The translations under genes and the position numbers were made by a program. From Adineta vaga (Eukaryota; Animalia; Rotifera): DNA of 64,000 nucleotides. Of this stretch, positions 26,919 through 40,910 are shown piece after piece (within the stretch, counting starts at the first letter, position 1; the number at the start of each line of letters is the position of its first letter). The notes under the pieces were generated by a model, which saw only the letters and a program-made list of their open reading frames with translations, was not told the origin of the DNA and made no database searches. The DNA is taken from positions 10,974,001-11,038,000 of the forward strand of contig CP075492.1 of the NCBI GenBank assembly GCA_021613535.1. The letters are read 5' to 3'.

Positions 26919-26963
26919 AGGGTGTGGGCGCGGGTGAAGAAGATATACCCACACCCACACCCT
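26919..26963. repeat. Inverted TGTGGG-type repeat hairpin (17-bp arms, 11-nt loop)
   Basis: agggtgtgggcgcgggt - gaagaagatat - acccacacccacaccct; arms 15/17 complementary. Confidence 0.85.
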
Positions 26964-28329
26964 CTCAGTTAAGCAATCTTTATCAGTAAAACTCAAGGTA
27001 ATCCTTTTAATGCAAAAGAAAGGGTCGGTGTTTCTCAAATTCCCATTGTACTCTTACTATCTTCACATGATTTATCTTGTCAAACTGATATGTTTAACAC
27101 GTATTCCTCAACTTACTCAATTTCTACAGCAAAATTCTTAAGACACATATAATGAAGCAAAGATGATTTTTCTAAATTCAAACAAACAATCATTGTAGAG
27201 ATGCACTTGAAATTACAGCTACGCTACAGTTAATACATGTGTTCAAGCATTAGCTGTTACAACAATTACTCTGCTTTCGATTTTGCAGTTGGAATCGTTT
27301 TATTTGTTAAATAACGCCATAGCGTAATAAGCGCTTGAAAAAAAACTGATTGTGAAATGTCTAGCTGGAAGAACTAGTGTCGAGTTGGTTTAATCTGCAT
27401 GCTAAGTCGATATTTCTGCGCATTGTTCGGGTTCTTCTTGGATCGATTCAGCAAGAGCTAGACAGGATGAAATTAAAGAAATGAAAGTTTATATAGAACA
27501 CATTGAATGACAACATACGATCACGTTTACATTCACGACCAGATTCATTTTGTATTAAAAAGTCAATTGGTCGATCATATGCTGTTAATTCTTAAATTGG
27601 ATCAACTGGTAATAAAGATTCTCCATTAAAGTACCCATATCGCCTCTTTTTTAACGACTGCGACGCAATTATCGCATTTCTCTAGTTTCTCTATTGAATG
27701 ATTTTGAATAATAACGTTTATTGTCTCGAATGGTTTATAAAAGGAGATGTAATGGAGATTCTTTCACCAACAATCAGTCCATATGTATTCTAATAATCGT
27801 GAAGTAGTTGTTGCCCTCTTCCAGATAAAAAATGAAGACAAAAAAATGTAAAAATTCATGGCGTATTTCGCCGGTTTATCGCCATTTAGGATCGTTCGAG
27901 ACGCCGTTTCGACCATTGGAATTAATGTCCTCAGCTGAAAAACATTAGCACGCGTGTGACTATTTATGTTATGGCCGCTAAATCTTTAAATTAAAAAACA
28001 ATCTATTCTAGGATTGATTATGGACATTTTTTCTGATTTTGATTTGATTTGACCTAAGAATCCATGTTCCAATTACTTTTGGCTCTGAGAGATGACACTC
28101 TATGTTGATCGTTTGATGAATTTATATTATTGTATCAATGGCTGTGATAAAACAGTATCAATGATGATCACTCTTTTTGGATAGATATTCAAAATTTTCC
28201 TCTCCTTAACAACTATTCTCATCGTCTGTATGTGATATGTGATAATAGACTAGTGATAATGTTAATGGATCCATTGTTAATTAAAGTTTGTACATAGACG
28301 ATACAACAAAACTCCTATCTATTCTTTTA

Positions 28330-28498
28330 TTCAAGAAATGTTTTACAACTGAAAGACCCCATGATGATGCATATGTAACGCTAAACATACATTCGTTCCT
28401 TTTCAGCAATCTATATTCTTCATCCCGCCAGCATCATCCTACTCCTATCGATTCGCATCGCATTCCGTAGTCGAGTAAAGCTCGGCTACCATATAGTT
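28330..28498 (+). repeat. Dispersed direct repeat, copy 2 (carries an extra ~30-nt GT...AG segment)
   Basis: Aligns by eye to 24902-25035; insert gtaacgctaaacatacattcgttccttttcag. Confidence 0.8.
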
Positions 28499-28597
28499 TA
28501 TGTTGATCTCCGACGAACGGTCGTAAATCTTAAAATCTCTACTCGTGTTTCCCTTGAATTTATTTTTTCATTACTATATAGAAAAAGCATTGAACAA

Positions 28598-29229
28598 TTA
28601 TGTTTCAAAGGGTGACAGCATACGGCGAATAAAATCATTCTTGAGACAACCATTGATAAATTCATCTCTTGTTAATAACTGATTATGATCAAGATCAAGT
28701 GTATGAAATATATCACAAGCAAGAGTTGCTGATGATTTATAAAGTTTTTTCTGACCAGTTATTGTACAAAGTTTTTCTAGTAAATCAATCATTTCATTTG
28801 GTTCAATGGTTTCCGAATGATCTTTATCGAATAATGAAAACGCATAATGTAATTTATCAATGGGCTCACCAATCGATGTTAATGCATATGCAATTAGAAA
28901 TTCTTTAAAATCAATACGATGATTTCCTACAAAATACAATTCTTAATCATGTTTAGAAAGAATAATAATAATAATAACAAACCATTACGATCAAATGCTT
29001 GAAAAACATCTTCAACAATCGATTCAACTTTCTTTGTTGAAGAATTTTCTAGTTGGATATAGAATTTAATAAATTGTGATTTCGTTAAATGACCATTTGG
29101 ACATATGCTTAAAAATTCTCGATACCAACCTTGAATCACATGAGGTGTTAAATGTGTTTGTTTCATTAAATATCGATAATCATTTAATGATAAATCTTCT
29201 TCTAATTGATGTTGATGATGATTACCCAT
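28598..29229 (-). CDS. Neuronal calcium sensor / hippocalcin-like EF-hand protein; exons 29229-28983, 28926-28598
   Basis: MG start, IQGWYREFLSICPNG (cf. WYKGFLKDCPSG), EF loops DRNGNHRIDFKE, DKDHSETIEPNE, DLDHNQLLTRDE; 56-nt intron. Confidence 0.9.
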
Positions 29230-30044
29230 TTTCGTCAAGGTCTATTTGTTTGAATTTAGTAAATTAATTTATGAATGTCTGATGATATATAAAAACGAAT
29301 CGTGTACGTTTTCTCTCTAGATATATTACCTTTTAAAAAAGAATTCACTAGTAAATATCATGTTCTCATGACGAACGAGAGAGTAGAATGTAATTTATCA
29401 AGAAATGTTAAAACAAGATAAAGAGAAAAAAAGAGGAAAACACGTTTTGTTGTAGATATTTGTCACTTACAAATAAAGAAGTGTTCTTCTCAAGATCGAA
29501 GAAAATTCTATGGAAAACAAAATACGCATATTTTTTCTCATTGTGATCAACAAAATGTAAATCTTTGGTTTTGCAATTATATGAATGTCTTAATGGATGA
29601 AAATATTCGTTTTGTATTCAACAGAAAGTAAAATCTATTAATGTCATCTGTTTAGCAAATATATTTCGAAGTCGTTTTAGATAATCAAAATACTACATTG
29701 ATAATATTTTATGGAACAGATGTTATGTCTTTCGCAAATATATCGATTTCCGTTTTGTCTATTGAAAATATAATCATGTATGTGCAAGTTGTGATATGTA
29801 AAAGAAATCATAGAAGAATATTTTGAGAAAAATGATTCATACTATGACAATTATTTCAAATTTTTCTTTCTGGGAAATAATAAACTGTTCATTGGCTATT
29901 GTCAATGAAATGTCAATCTGCCATTGATATAATTTTTAAATCTTTATGATTACTAGAAAGGTAGACAGACAGGGTCAAAATCGAAATATTTAAAAAGATG
30001 TGACAACCTTGATCACAGCTCATATAATTTTCTAGTGCATTTTT

Positions 30045-30077
30045 TCTCTCTCCCTCTCTCCCTCTCTCTCTCTCTCT
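30045..30077. repeat. (CT)n microsatellite
   Basis: tctctctccctctctccctctctctctctctct. Confidence 0.9.
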
Positions 30078-30514
30078 ATTTCACACGAATATGTCATGTT
30101 CTACCTTCCATGATGATAGAAATCTGTACAAGATGCAAGCTCATTAACTAATAGTACCGACATTTATGTTTTTATTTTCTTACGTTCTTCTTGCTCGTCT
30201 TTTTTTCGACATTCAAGGTTCGGAATATTTTTGCCTTAGTCTATACTCTTCGTTTTTTCTTCAATGACTTTTCTTCACCTGTTCAACAAAGAAGAATCAT
30301 TCAGCCGTACGGTCCTAATAGTTATGCTTTTTCTGATCAAGTAACGTTACGTTTCACATATGAATAACAACAAATTATCAAGGATATCTTATATATTTCA
30401 TCTATATATGTAATAAAGGTAATAAAAGTGCGACAGCATCAAAAGTTGTAATCTCAATTCTTCGCTTTAATAGCCGTGATCAAGCGAAAGAAAGAGAAAA
30501 ACGGATATCATCTT

Positions 30515-32300
30515 ATGGGCAGTAGTAACGGTAAACAAAATGATCAAAAGGAAAAAAATAAAAGAAGACGAAATTTCCGAAGAATATTACATCTCATCTC
30601 TCGTCGCCTAAACAATCGCTCCCTGCCTAGAAGTCAGTCCGGACTAGATCAATATTATCACGAATTTCAAAGATCAAATCAAACAATGTCTGTATTTAAT
30701 GTTATTCACTTAGATATCAATGAACAAACTTCTCCTGACATGAATCAATCTTCTTCCTCTTTGTCTCGATCAATAATATCATCACGTAAGATATACATTT
30801 TAACTTTTCTTCTTACTATTATTATTCATTCTTAGATGAATCGTCGACCGATATGACTGGTGATCATGAAGAATCAATTGAATATTCTATGACAACGAAG
30901 TAGGCAAGTTTAAGAATTCGATAAAGATATTTATATTTTCTTGTCTAATTTGAATTAGATCCACAGAATATGATTGGAAATCTTTTATTCCATCAACATT
31001 GGAAAAAATTCATTCAATAACTCATTTAAAAGATTCAATATTTCAACATTTAAATACGGAATTAAATCATATTTTTAATCGTCTACTTCGATTAAATCAA
31101 ACTAATGAACATACAGGATTTATTCAATGGTTGTGTCATGAAATTGAACATTGTATGCATTCGATTGATAACGAGACTATTTATTCTCATACAACATTTC
31201 TATTACGTTCAATTGAACAAGATCGTTTCGATTGTACAAAATATTTACTTGAACGACAATTATTATCCAGTAAACTTGACATTAATACCATAAATGATCA
31301 AGGTCGTCATTGTCTTCTTATGCTTTCACATAAAAATGGTCCCGTTGATTTAATAAAATATCTTCTAACACATCATTTATCCTGTTTAGATACGAATAAA
31401 ATCGATTTGAATAAATACAGTTCATTACATCATGCATGTCGACATTTCAATTTGTCTCTTTGTGAAATGCTTCTTCCATATACGAATAAACATATCTTAC
31501 AAATTGAAAATTCTGAATTACATACTCCATTAGATTATTGGCTCGAATGTTTATATTCATTAAAGAAATTAAAACCTACACATTTACAACATGATATTGA
31601 GACATTACGTCTCGATCATTTATTAACCAATCAAGGTTTTCATTCGAATATTTATTTTCTTCAAACAGTTATCAATCGTGGTGGACAATTAACAAAATTA
31701 CCATTACGTTATATACGTTCAATTCTTCCTCAACTATCTTTCGAACAAAAACTATTATATGTTGATCATCATGTTAATCTTTGTTGTATTTTATATAAAA
31801 ATCGTCTATCAACATTAGTACATGATTATGATCAATTGAAAATTAGTATTCAAGCAGGAGAGATTCTTACGGAATTTATCTATGCATTAGGAACTGTACA
31901 AGTTGAAATTCAAAATCGTTTAGCAGAAAATGCCTGTTCAGAAAAGGATCATTTGACAAAAAGTAAAGAACATGAACTATTACAATCAACAATGCGAATG
32001 TTATATGGCAAATTCTTTCGATTATTTGATTGTATTTATAATAATCCAGATGTTAATGTAAAAAATTTTCATTTTGAACATATTTTTCGTCGTGTTTGGG
32101 TTTATTGGAAAGAACCTGTGAAAATGTTTATTAAACAAGCAAAAGAAAAAAATTTATTGTTAAAATCAATTTGTCGAATTGAATTATTCAAACGGTTAAA
32201 TACTTATCCAGGTGATATACACAATTTAACAATTAATTCATCTTTAAAACAATTTCTTGCTTTTGATAATCGATTTTTTGTTGTGCAAAGAAGATTTTAA
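30515..32300 (+). CDS. Ankyrin-repeat and SOCS-box protein (ASB-like), 3 exons
   Basis: Ankyrin-like DINTINDQGRHCL, YSSLHHAC, HTPLD; C-terminal SOCS box LKSICRIEL...IHNLTINSSLKQFL; introns 30786-30835 and 30900-30958 keep frame. Confidence 0.7.
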
Positions 32301-32993
32301 TTTTTTTTCATTTTCTTTTTCTTCTACAAATGTATGTCATTTTTTTATGTAGATCTAAATATCTTCTCTTTCACTAATTAACTACATTCATTTCAATGGT
32401 TAACATTGATAGGAAAATCTGTATTAAACTTCCAGAACAGGCATCCATCTCCGTAGGAAATGATACGACGGGAAATGTTTTCTCGGAAACTGCTCATAAA
32501 GATCCAGAGGTTCGAAATGAAATAGAACAATCATTCTCATACAAAACAAGTGTACGGACGCTGTGTTTGTCGATTGTGAAGCATTTATATAATCGTAAAA
32601 GAATGTGATAAGCAATTGAAACTTATAACATTTCATCTATCATTCTTCATTCATCTTACTAAATGTTAACTTTAAATGCATACGCACACTTATCCTTCTC
32701 TACATGGTAACAATCGACATACTACTTTCGATAAGTATAAAATAAACCTTTTCTAAATCGTACAAAAGTGTATCTTTCAACATTGTAATGTACATTCCTA
32801 AATATATTTATTTTCTTTAAACAGATGTCGCTAAGCGTTTGAATTCTTCGCGATGAAGTATTCTGTACATTACTTATGGCGACAATGGACAAAGATATGT
32901 ATCTCGCCATGAGTCAAGCTTTTGTCGATTATTGATTCACTTCATTTCATTCAAGTAGCATACGAAAAACTTTTATACCGTAAAATAATAATC

Positions 32994-35622
32994 ATGAAAA
33001 AAGGTTCAGTTTTTGCTGGTAAAAAAGGTCCTCTATCAACGGTATATGGAACACCAGTTAATATTTCATCAACATCATCATCATTTTTCGACAATAGTCT
33101 TCAACAAATGCCACCGAATGCATTAGGAGGATCTGTACGAAATTGGCAAGCAACACCTATGAGTTCTCATCGATTTCCTCCTTCTCATTTTTCAACACAA
33201 CAACCAAATTCAACAACTAGTATTCGCACACATCCGATGATTGTTAATACTCCTAATTCGAGTATGATCAATCGAGCAAAACCATACACATTACAAGGTC
33301 TCGTTGAGAATCTGAATGAAGTAAGTGTTAACCTAATATGCATAATCATTTTATGACGTTTTTCACAGTTACTTGCAGAACTTGGCGTTCCACATGCGAT
33401 GCGGTACGATACAAAATATGGCTTTGAAGATATTCTCACTGTACTCGATGTATGTAATTGATCTTTATTTCTATAGCTTATCTCTTATATATTTTATTTT
33501 GTACTATTTTAAAGCAATTAACAAATCCAGCTCGCTATGAAATACATCGTTTTCAACCATTTCCATCTTTACCTCAACCAACAAAACCAGGTGGCAAAAT
33601 TTCATTAACTGACCGTTGGGCTTATTTAAAACAAGTTCTTCTTCTCTATCGTTTATCGACACTTGAACAATTATCACGTATTAAACCAGAACGTGCAATG
33701 GCACATGATCATATGATAATTATGGTTGAATTATTAATACAATTAACAACATGTGTTTTGAAAAGTCAACAAGAACAAGAACGTATTGCAACAAATCATT
33801 TCCTTAGTGAATTTAAATTATTAATGCGGCAAATGTTTTGGATTGGTAGACATGATCCATCGGTAATGGAAGAATCGATGTATGAATTACGACGTCATGT
33901 TTATGCAAAAGATAATCTCGACATAGTTGATCGATTACAACATGAAAAACAAATGAATGAAATGACTATTGAACGTGACCAATTGAAAGGACAAGTAAGT
34001 TACTTTTTTTTATCTCTCATTCTCTTCGATTTTAATGTCATCTTGTGGTCGTTATGTTTAGTCTGACGAATTGAAAGCAACTCGCAATGAACTTGAGAAT
34101 GAATGTACAACATTAACTACTTCGAATGAAAATGATCTCGTTGAATTTACACGAAAACAAGAAGAAATAAGTGACGAACAATCGAAATTAGATGAACTAA
34201 CACAAATCGTCGAACAAAAAGGTAGAGAAAAAAAGATTCTTTTCTCCCTACAAAATTTACTCAATATTTTTATTGTAATTTTCAAGAAATGGATAAAAAA
34301 CATTTAACAGATCGTAATCAAACATTGTCAGATAAATTATTTGCTCAACAAACAGATGTTGAATTACAACGTCATGTTCGTTCGAATAGTGAACTTAAAC
34401 AACAACATGAAGTTCTCCTTTCGACATTACTACTTGAACAACAATTACATACAACAACAGCCAATGAACATAAACAACTTGTTAAAGAAGTAAGTTAAAG
34501 TCGTATCGAACATTCCCATTTCTAACAAAACTGATTGATTTATTTTTAGCTTCAAGAATTACTTGGTAAATATCAAATATTACTTAGTGCATACAAACAT
34601 AAAGCTATGCGGCCACCTCCAACAGCTGTTGATTTCGATTTGAGTGATATTATTGGTGATACAACATCGAATATAAACAATGATTCAGTTCAACAAGCTC
34701 AATTAGCTATTGAAAATTTAACAAAAGAAATCATGGCACAAGAAATCTTATTAACACAACGTCATCGTGATTTAGAACAAGAATCTAAACAAGTAAGTAT
34801 TTATTTTGTACTTTCGGAAGTGAACGAAATCAACTTGTTATTGGTTAGAAAATTGAAGAACTTCAATCAGCTGAACGTGAATGGAAATCAGCTGCTAAAC
34901 AGGGTCAACGTCGTGCTGCTCAACAGAATGAATTAAGTCGTTTTCAACAAGAAATTCGTTTATTAACAACGAAAGTTGTTGATCTTGAACGACGTATTGA
35001 AGAAAAAAAAGCATCTACAATTGAATTAAAGAAAGAATTCGATCGAGTAAGATCTTTTCCGTTTAATTAAACTCATTTTTGATTTTTACGCATTGGAGAT
35101 CAAATCCGGTATTGTCGAATTATTAGCTCGTTTTGAAACATTAGAAATCAATTATATCACAAAAGAAGATGAACTTCGACAACAATTAACATGGTTTATT
35201 TCTGATCAAACACAATTAGCGAAAATCTATCGACGTGATGTCGAAGAATTAAAACGTATTCAACAAGAACATATGTCGAAATTAGATATCAATATAAATA
35301 CAAAATCATTTGATGAACTTATTCAACAACAAATCAATAAATATTATCAATATCGAAATATAGATGATGACGATGATGATGACGACGAAGAAAATAATAC
35401 TAATAATGGTAGTGAAAAACGAATTATATCGGAATCCGACAAATTACATGAAGAGCATGTATTATGGTTAAAAAAGAAGAAACGTGATGCAAAAATTACA
35501 GCACCAATCATTGAACGACTTCGTATGTTCATCTTATTTGATCAATTCTTTAAATCATTCTGTTTTTCTTCTTCTTTTCAGAGGAACTTCATGATCATTT
35601 ACCGATACTTAACGTCAAATAG
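32994..35622 (+). CDS. Unknown multi-exon protein: disordered N-terminus, helical domain and long coiled coil
   Basis: ORF pieces 32994-35622 joined by short GT-AG introns; E/Q/K/L heptad-rich sequence; poly-D near C-terminus. Confidence 0.7.
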
Positions 35623-35859
35623 ATCTTTATATATCTTCTTTCTTATTTTGCTTGTATATTGTTTATAATCTTGTCAGATATATATATAATTAGTTGTTAT
35701 GTTTATGAAATATTGTAAAGCATTGATTTTTGTGCAATAATAACAATTGTTACTAGTTTTAGATCATTCTTGTACAATTGATACGATATACGATGTAAGC
35801 AAATTTATCTATCAATTGAAAGATGTATATCTTTTATATTTTCAGATATACAAACAACA

Positions 35860-37520
35860 ATGGATGATTTTGATGAAGATGTCGATCCACTTGTTGGTCC
35901 TGTTGCTGACTTGATGGCTGAACATAATTTATCTTCGACAACAGCAGCAGCACCAATCACAAATATTAAAAAACCAAATGAAAATATAGCAATTTCAACT
36001 ACAAGAATAAAATTTTTCGATTTACTATCTTATCTCAATCTACGATCACATTTTCGGGAAATTTTCACTTACCTATTGAATAAACTTTGGTACTACTATC
36101 TTTACAAAACATTTCTGAAAACCAATCAAGAAATCGTTCTCAACTATCCAACTACAAGCAATCTTATTATTATTTTTCTCGTATGTGAATTTCTTTCTTC
36201 ATTTTCTTTCAATTTCATCTATTTTTCTTTCAGATCTATAGTATCTTTACGTTTACAATTCCTCTATTCTTTCACATCTTCCTTTTCTTCTTCTTTATCA
36301 TCGATTTTCTCATCCCACTTTATATCTATTACACTTGGTTTCATTGTTTACAAACTATTCGTCAATTTTTACATACAATTCAAACTCATCAACAATGGTT
36401 AATACAAATTCATGGTTTTCAATTAATTCGTCCAACATCATCTCTATTCGACAATCAATTATATCAACTTCGTCGTCAAATTTTTGAAGAATTACAAAAA
36501 CATTTCTTATTATCACGTCAAATTGCTCGACAATATTCTACGCCAAACGAACAACTAATCTGTTACATAGGTCTTGAAGAATTCGGTCCATTGATTCAAT
36601 CGAATCCAATTGAACTCGAAAAACTCACGAATCATTTTGATCAAATCTCAATTAATTCAATCTTGAAATTATCTCATCTTCAAATCAATGAATGTATTCA
36701 ATTAATTCATTTAAATCGTCCAAATTCATATTGGATTTTTGATAATTTTCAAAAGCATTTATTCGAATCAATGAAAATATTAAATAAAATCAAACAAAAT
36801 TGTTCGATTATGATTGATTATATCGATTTAGAAAAACATCCCTCAACAAAACGTTTAATTTCTTCGTATTTTCTTCTTCGATCGAATTGTGAACAACTAT
36901 TTCAAATGAATGAAAACAATTCACTTGATTATGAACAATTAAAACGTATTATTCAAGATTTAAAAACAGTTGTTCACTCTCTCGAAGCAATGCAATCAAG
37001 ACCAATGGTCAAAATCAATGAAGAAAATTCCGAAGAACTCCTAACCAAAGAAAACAATCAATCAAATATAACAAGTTATCATCGTTTTGATGATCAAATC
37101 GAAGAATCTACCGATGAAATTCTTATCTGTCATACAGGAAAATCAGCAAATAATGATGATGATAAATCGAATGATACTTTTGATATTGATGATTATGAAA
37201 AACGATTATTACATGAACGAACAAATTGTTTAATGAAAGAACTTCAAACAGCTATTCAAGGCAAAAAACAAGAATGGAATGAACGTGAACAACGTTTACT
37301 TGGCACTAGTGAACAAGAAGAAGTACAAGAAATTGAAAAGGAAATTATTGATGAAGAACCTTTTGAAAAGTTATCTTCAATGTCAGATACAATATCAATG
37401 CTAGATGAATTGAAACATACATTTACATTAAATAGAAAAAAACTGAATATTAATGAAGATATTTTCGGCGAAGAGGAAATCGAAGATTTCGGTGATGATG
37501 ATGATGATGATGATGATTGA
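35860..37520 (+). CDS. VEZT: Vezatin-like membrane protein; exons 35860-36180, 36234-37520
   Basis: N-terminal MDDFDEDV; hydrophobic TM pair; GFQLIRP...LRRQIFEELQKHFLLSRQ...LICYIGLEEFG recalls vezatin GFTLVS...LRKAVY...YICVVPFKELG; acidic tail. Confidence 0.6.
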
Positions 37521-37740
37521 TAACATTTGTTATTTTAGTCGGTGAAAAAAAATAGACGAGACGTATGTATAAGAACTCGATATATTTTGTAAATGTTTAA
37601 GGTAGGAAAATTGAACAAATCAATTTTTCATATTTTTAACTTCATTGTTTGGATTTTTATACAAAACAATAGTTTATTTTGTTGTTCTAGATAGGACTAA
37701 AAATAATCTATACGAGAAAAGAATCAAAAACAAACATCGA

Positions 37741-39627
37741 ATGTTTGAAATAAACGATATTTTCGATACGTTTCTTTTTCGTACAACAACCATCACTGGT
37801 TTTCTTTTCTATTGGTTACCAATCATATGTATTCTTTCACCAACTTATTTAAGTCCATTTACATTTGTTGATTCTACGCAAGAATTTAAAGCATTTCGTA
37901 TGGCTCAATTTGATTTATATGGTCAAGCCTTTGGTAGTCGTCAAGCATTTGTTTCAAGTGAAGTTCGTCTTTGGTCACATACAAATCTTAATCGAAAAGC
38001 AGCATTAATACGTTTGGAAAAATTAACAATTGAACGATTTCGTTCATTAGTTTCGAAAGGTATCAGTGGTCTATTTGTTGTTATTCCATCAACAAATACT
38101 CCATGGATTGATGAACGGAAATCAGAAATATGTGATTTAGAAACGATTTTACTTGGTGAAAGTGTTCCAATACCAGTTTATTTTCTTCCTGAAACTCAAC
38201 AAATGAATGATTTATATAAATCAATTGAATCAAGACGTGATTCAACAAAAGATTCAGCTTTAGCTGTGATTTATGATATGATTACAGCTGATGGTTATCA
38301 ACTCTCTGTTAATACAGGAAAATATAATCAACGAACAGATAGTGTTTTATACAATATTGGAGGGAAATTAGTTGGTCATGGAATCGAAGAACGTTTACCA
38401 AAAATTCTTCTTGTTACACACTATGATGCAATGAGTTTAGCTAGTGGTTTAGCACAAGGTGCTGATTCCAATGCTAGTGGAGTTTTAATTCTATTGAAAT
38501 TAATTCGTTTATTTTCAAAGCTATATGCTAAACAAACCACACGAGCAAAATATAATCTTCATTTTCTATTTGCTGCTGGTGGAAAATTGAATTATCAAGG
38601 AAGTAAAAAATGGATTGATGATTATCATGATCAAAAACAACAACAACAACTTCCGAATGATGTTGATGTTGTTGTTTGTCTAGGTAAATATTCTCTTCGA
38701 ACAAAGAAATACAATTAAAATTCTGTTTTTAAATTCAAGATTCATTAGGACAATCAAATCAACTCTATATGCATGTTTCAAAACCACCCAAAGATACACA
38801 AACAGTACGATTAACTCATCGTCTTTGAAACAAAACATAAATCTTATAATAATTTCTTTTAGGCTGGTATTTTACGTGAACTTCTTACACAATTAAGTGA
38901 AAAATCAATACATGGTCCATTAACATTCGAACAAGTTCATAAGAAAATCTTAAAAACAAGTGATTTTGTTGCATGGGAACATGAAAAATATTCCTGGTCA
39001 AAATTACCAGCTTTTACTTTTTCACATTTAAATTCATCTAAATCATGTTCACATTCTTCCATTAGTGATATTCGTGATGATGTTGATCTAGCATCAATCG
39101 AACGTAATTATCAATATATCAGTGATGCATTAATACGATTAATCTTTAATAAAACTGATATTAGTTTTCCAATTATTGATCAAAACTATTTATTATCTGA
39201 TCAACAATCTGATTATGATCAAATTACATTTACAAAACAATGGCTCACATTTTTAACTAATTATTCACGATCACCATCATTATTAACAAAAACTCATCCA
39301 GTTGTTCTTGCACTTGAACAATATGCTCATCGTTATTTGGCCAATGTCTTGAAAACAACTATTCGTCCAAATAAAAAAGATCCAGAATTTGTCTTCTTCG
39401 ATGGCGATGATGATCAAGGAAGACAATTATATGTTTATCGTATTAAACCAGCAATCTTTGATCTTGTCTTAGCATTCTTTATCGCTGCTTATCTTGGTCT
39501 CGTCTATATGATTGCTGCTCATTGGTCAACAATTATCAGTTTACTTTTACGTTACAAATCACTTACAAATATATTCTTATCACCATCATCATCTCAATAT
39601 GCTGCATACAAACGTAAAACCAATTAG
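37741..39627 (+). CDS. NCLN: Nicalin (inactive M28 peptidase fold, ER membrane), 3 exons
   Basis: EFKAFRMAQFDLYGQAFGSR, GADSNASG, GGKLNYQGSKKW, LYMHVSKPP, AWEHEKY, KDPEFVFFD, YRIKPAIFDL plus C-terminal TM. Confidence 0.93.
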
Positions 39628-40910
39628 ATGAAAACAAAACCAAGAATATGACTTTGATTCTATTCTGAACAAAAATTGAATTTTTCCTTGTGTTTTTCTT
39701 GCACTCTTACTGTTGTTGTTGTTGTTGTTTTGTTTACCTTTGCAATGTCTTTTTCAACCGGTTGGTGTCAATTTCTTGGGGGTTTTCTTAGAATAAATTT
39801 CACAAGAAGAAGAAGAGAAAATTATATAGAATTAATATGTTTATCTGAAAAGTCTTATTCAAGTTCATGGCAGAATGACACTATTTAATATGATATACAT
39901 GAAAAATGTCCTATTCCACATTCTCATTTCCTAAATAATAAAATGAGTTCACTCGAAAAATTCAATATAGATTAATAGATTGTTTACTATTGTTGAAGAC
40001 AGAAGTAGGTCAATGTTCATCTCAGATTTTATACAAAATTGTGTGTTAGCTGAATTCATATTTTTCATTAAGATTTATATTCAAAACAGCTTTTGAGATG
40101 ATCTAATCAAGCAATATATGTTTTTATTTTGTTTGTAAACAATTTCATCTTGTCTATTTACCTTGTGAATCATTTCAAGCGAATTTATCAGCAAATGAAT
40201 TATTAATGGAATCGAAGAATAAGTAATATAATACGTCTAGTTTTACGATATATGTATTCTTAAAAGAACGATGTGAAAGAGTGATCAAAGGTGTTTCATT
40301 TTCCATTCGATATCGATTCATAATAGAATTAGTCGAGACTCGATTGTTACTTATTATAGACAAAGCAATGTCATATGATATTTATAGAACGTAGGATGAT
40401 TTATTATTACATAAAAACCGTCGAAAAGTCGATGTACTATATTTGACACTTTGAATATATACATATATATATATATATATTCTTTTTGATTATATTACTC
40501 TTTCTCTATCTGACAGTTAATTGACAGATGAAAGTACTCAGAACTACTAGAACTAAGTATCTATTCGAGACATACACTTTAGTTAACTCATTAACTTGAA
40601 AGAGAAGGAAATAAAAGTTCTATGAATTTTGTATCATAGAAGAAATGGCATGGAATGGTTGAGAATGCAGTTTTTTCTTCAAAATACTCAGAAATGAATG
40701 GTACTTATAGTTCAATTGGTATCGTAGGTATGACATTACTTTTAAGAGTTTCTCATCTTTCAACGTTAAGTTTGACTAGAGACTTCGGTAAAAAAAAGAC
40801 GCATGGATACAAGTCTGTCTGCTTTGATTCTCACAATTTTTTTATCGGAAAGATAAATAAATCAGCTAATTTTATTGTAAAACATTCGTTTTTCAAAACA
40901 AGAAAAAAAA

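Noticed and set aside
27350-27830. Coding-like minus-strand stretch (RRYGYFNGESLLPVDP...DRPIDFLIQNESGREC)
   Set aside because: Many stops and no motif I can assign; may be another relic but unsupported
32396-32910. Short ORFs between the ASB-like and coiled-coil genes
   Set aside because: No recognisable motif or splice partners
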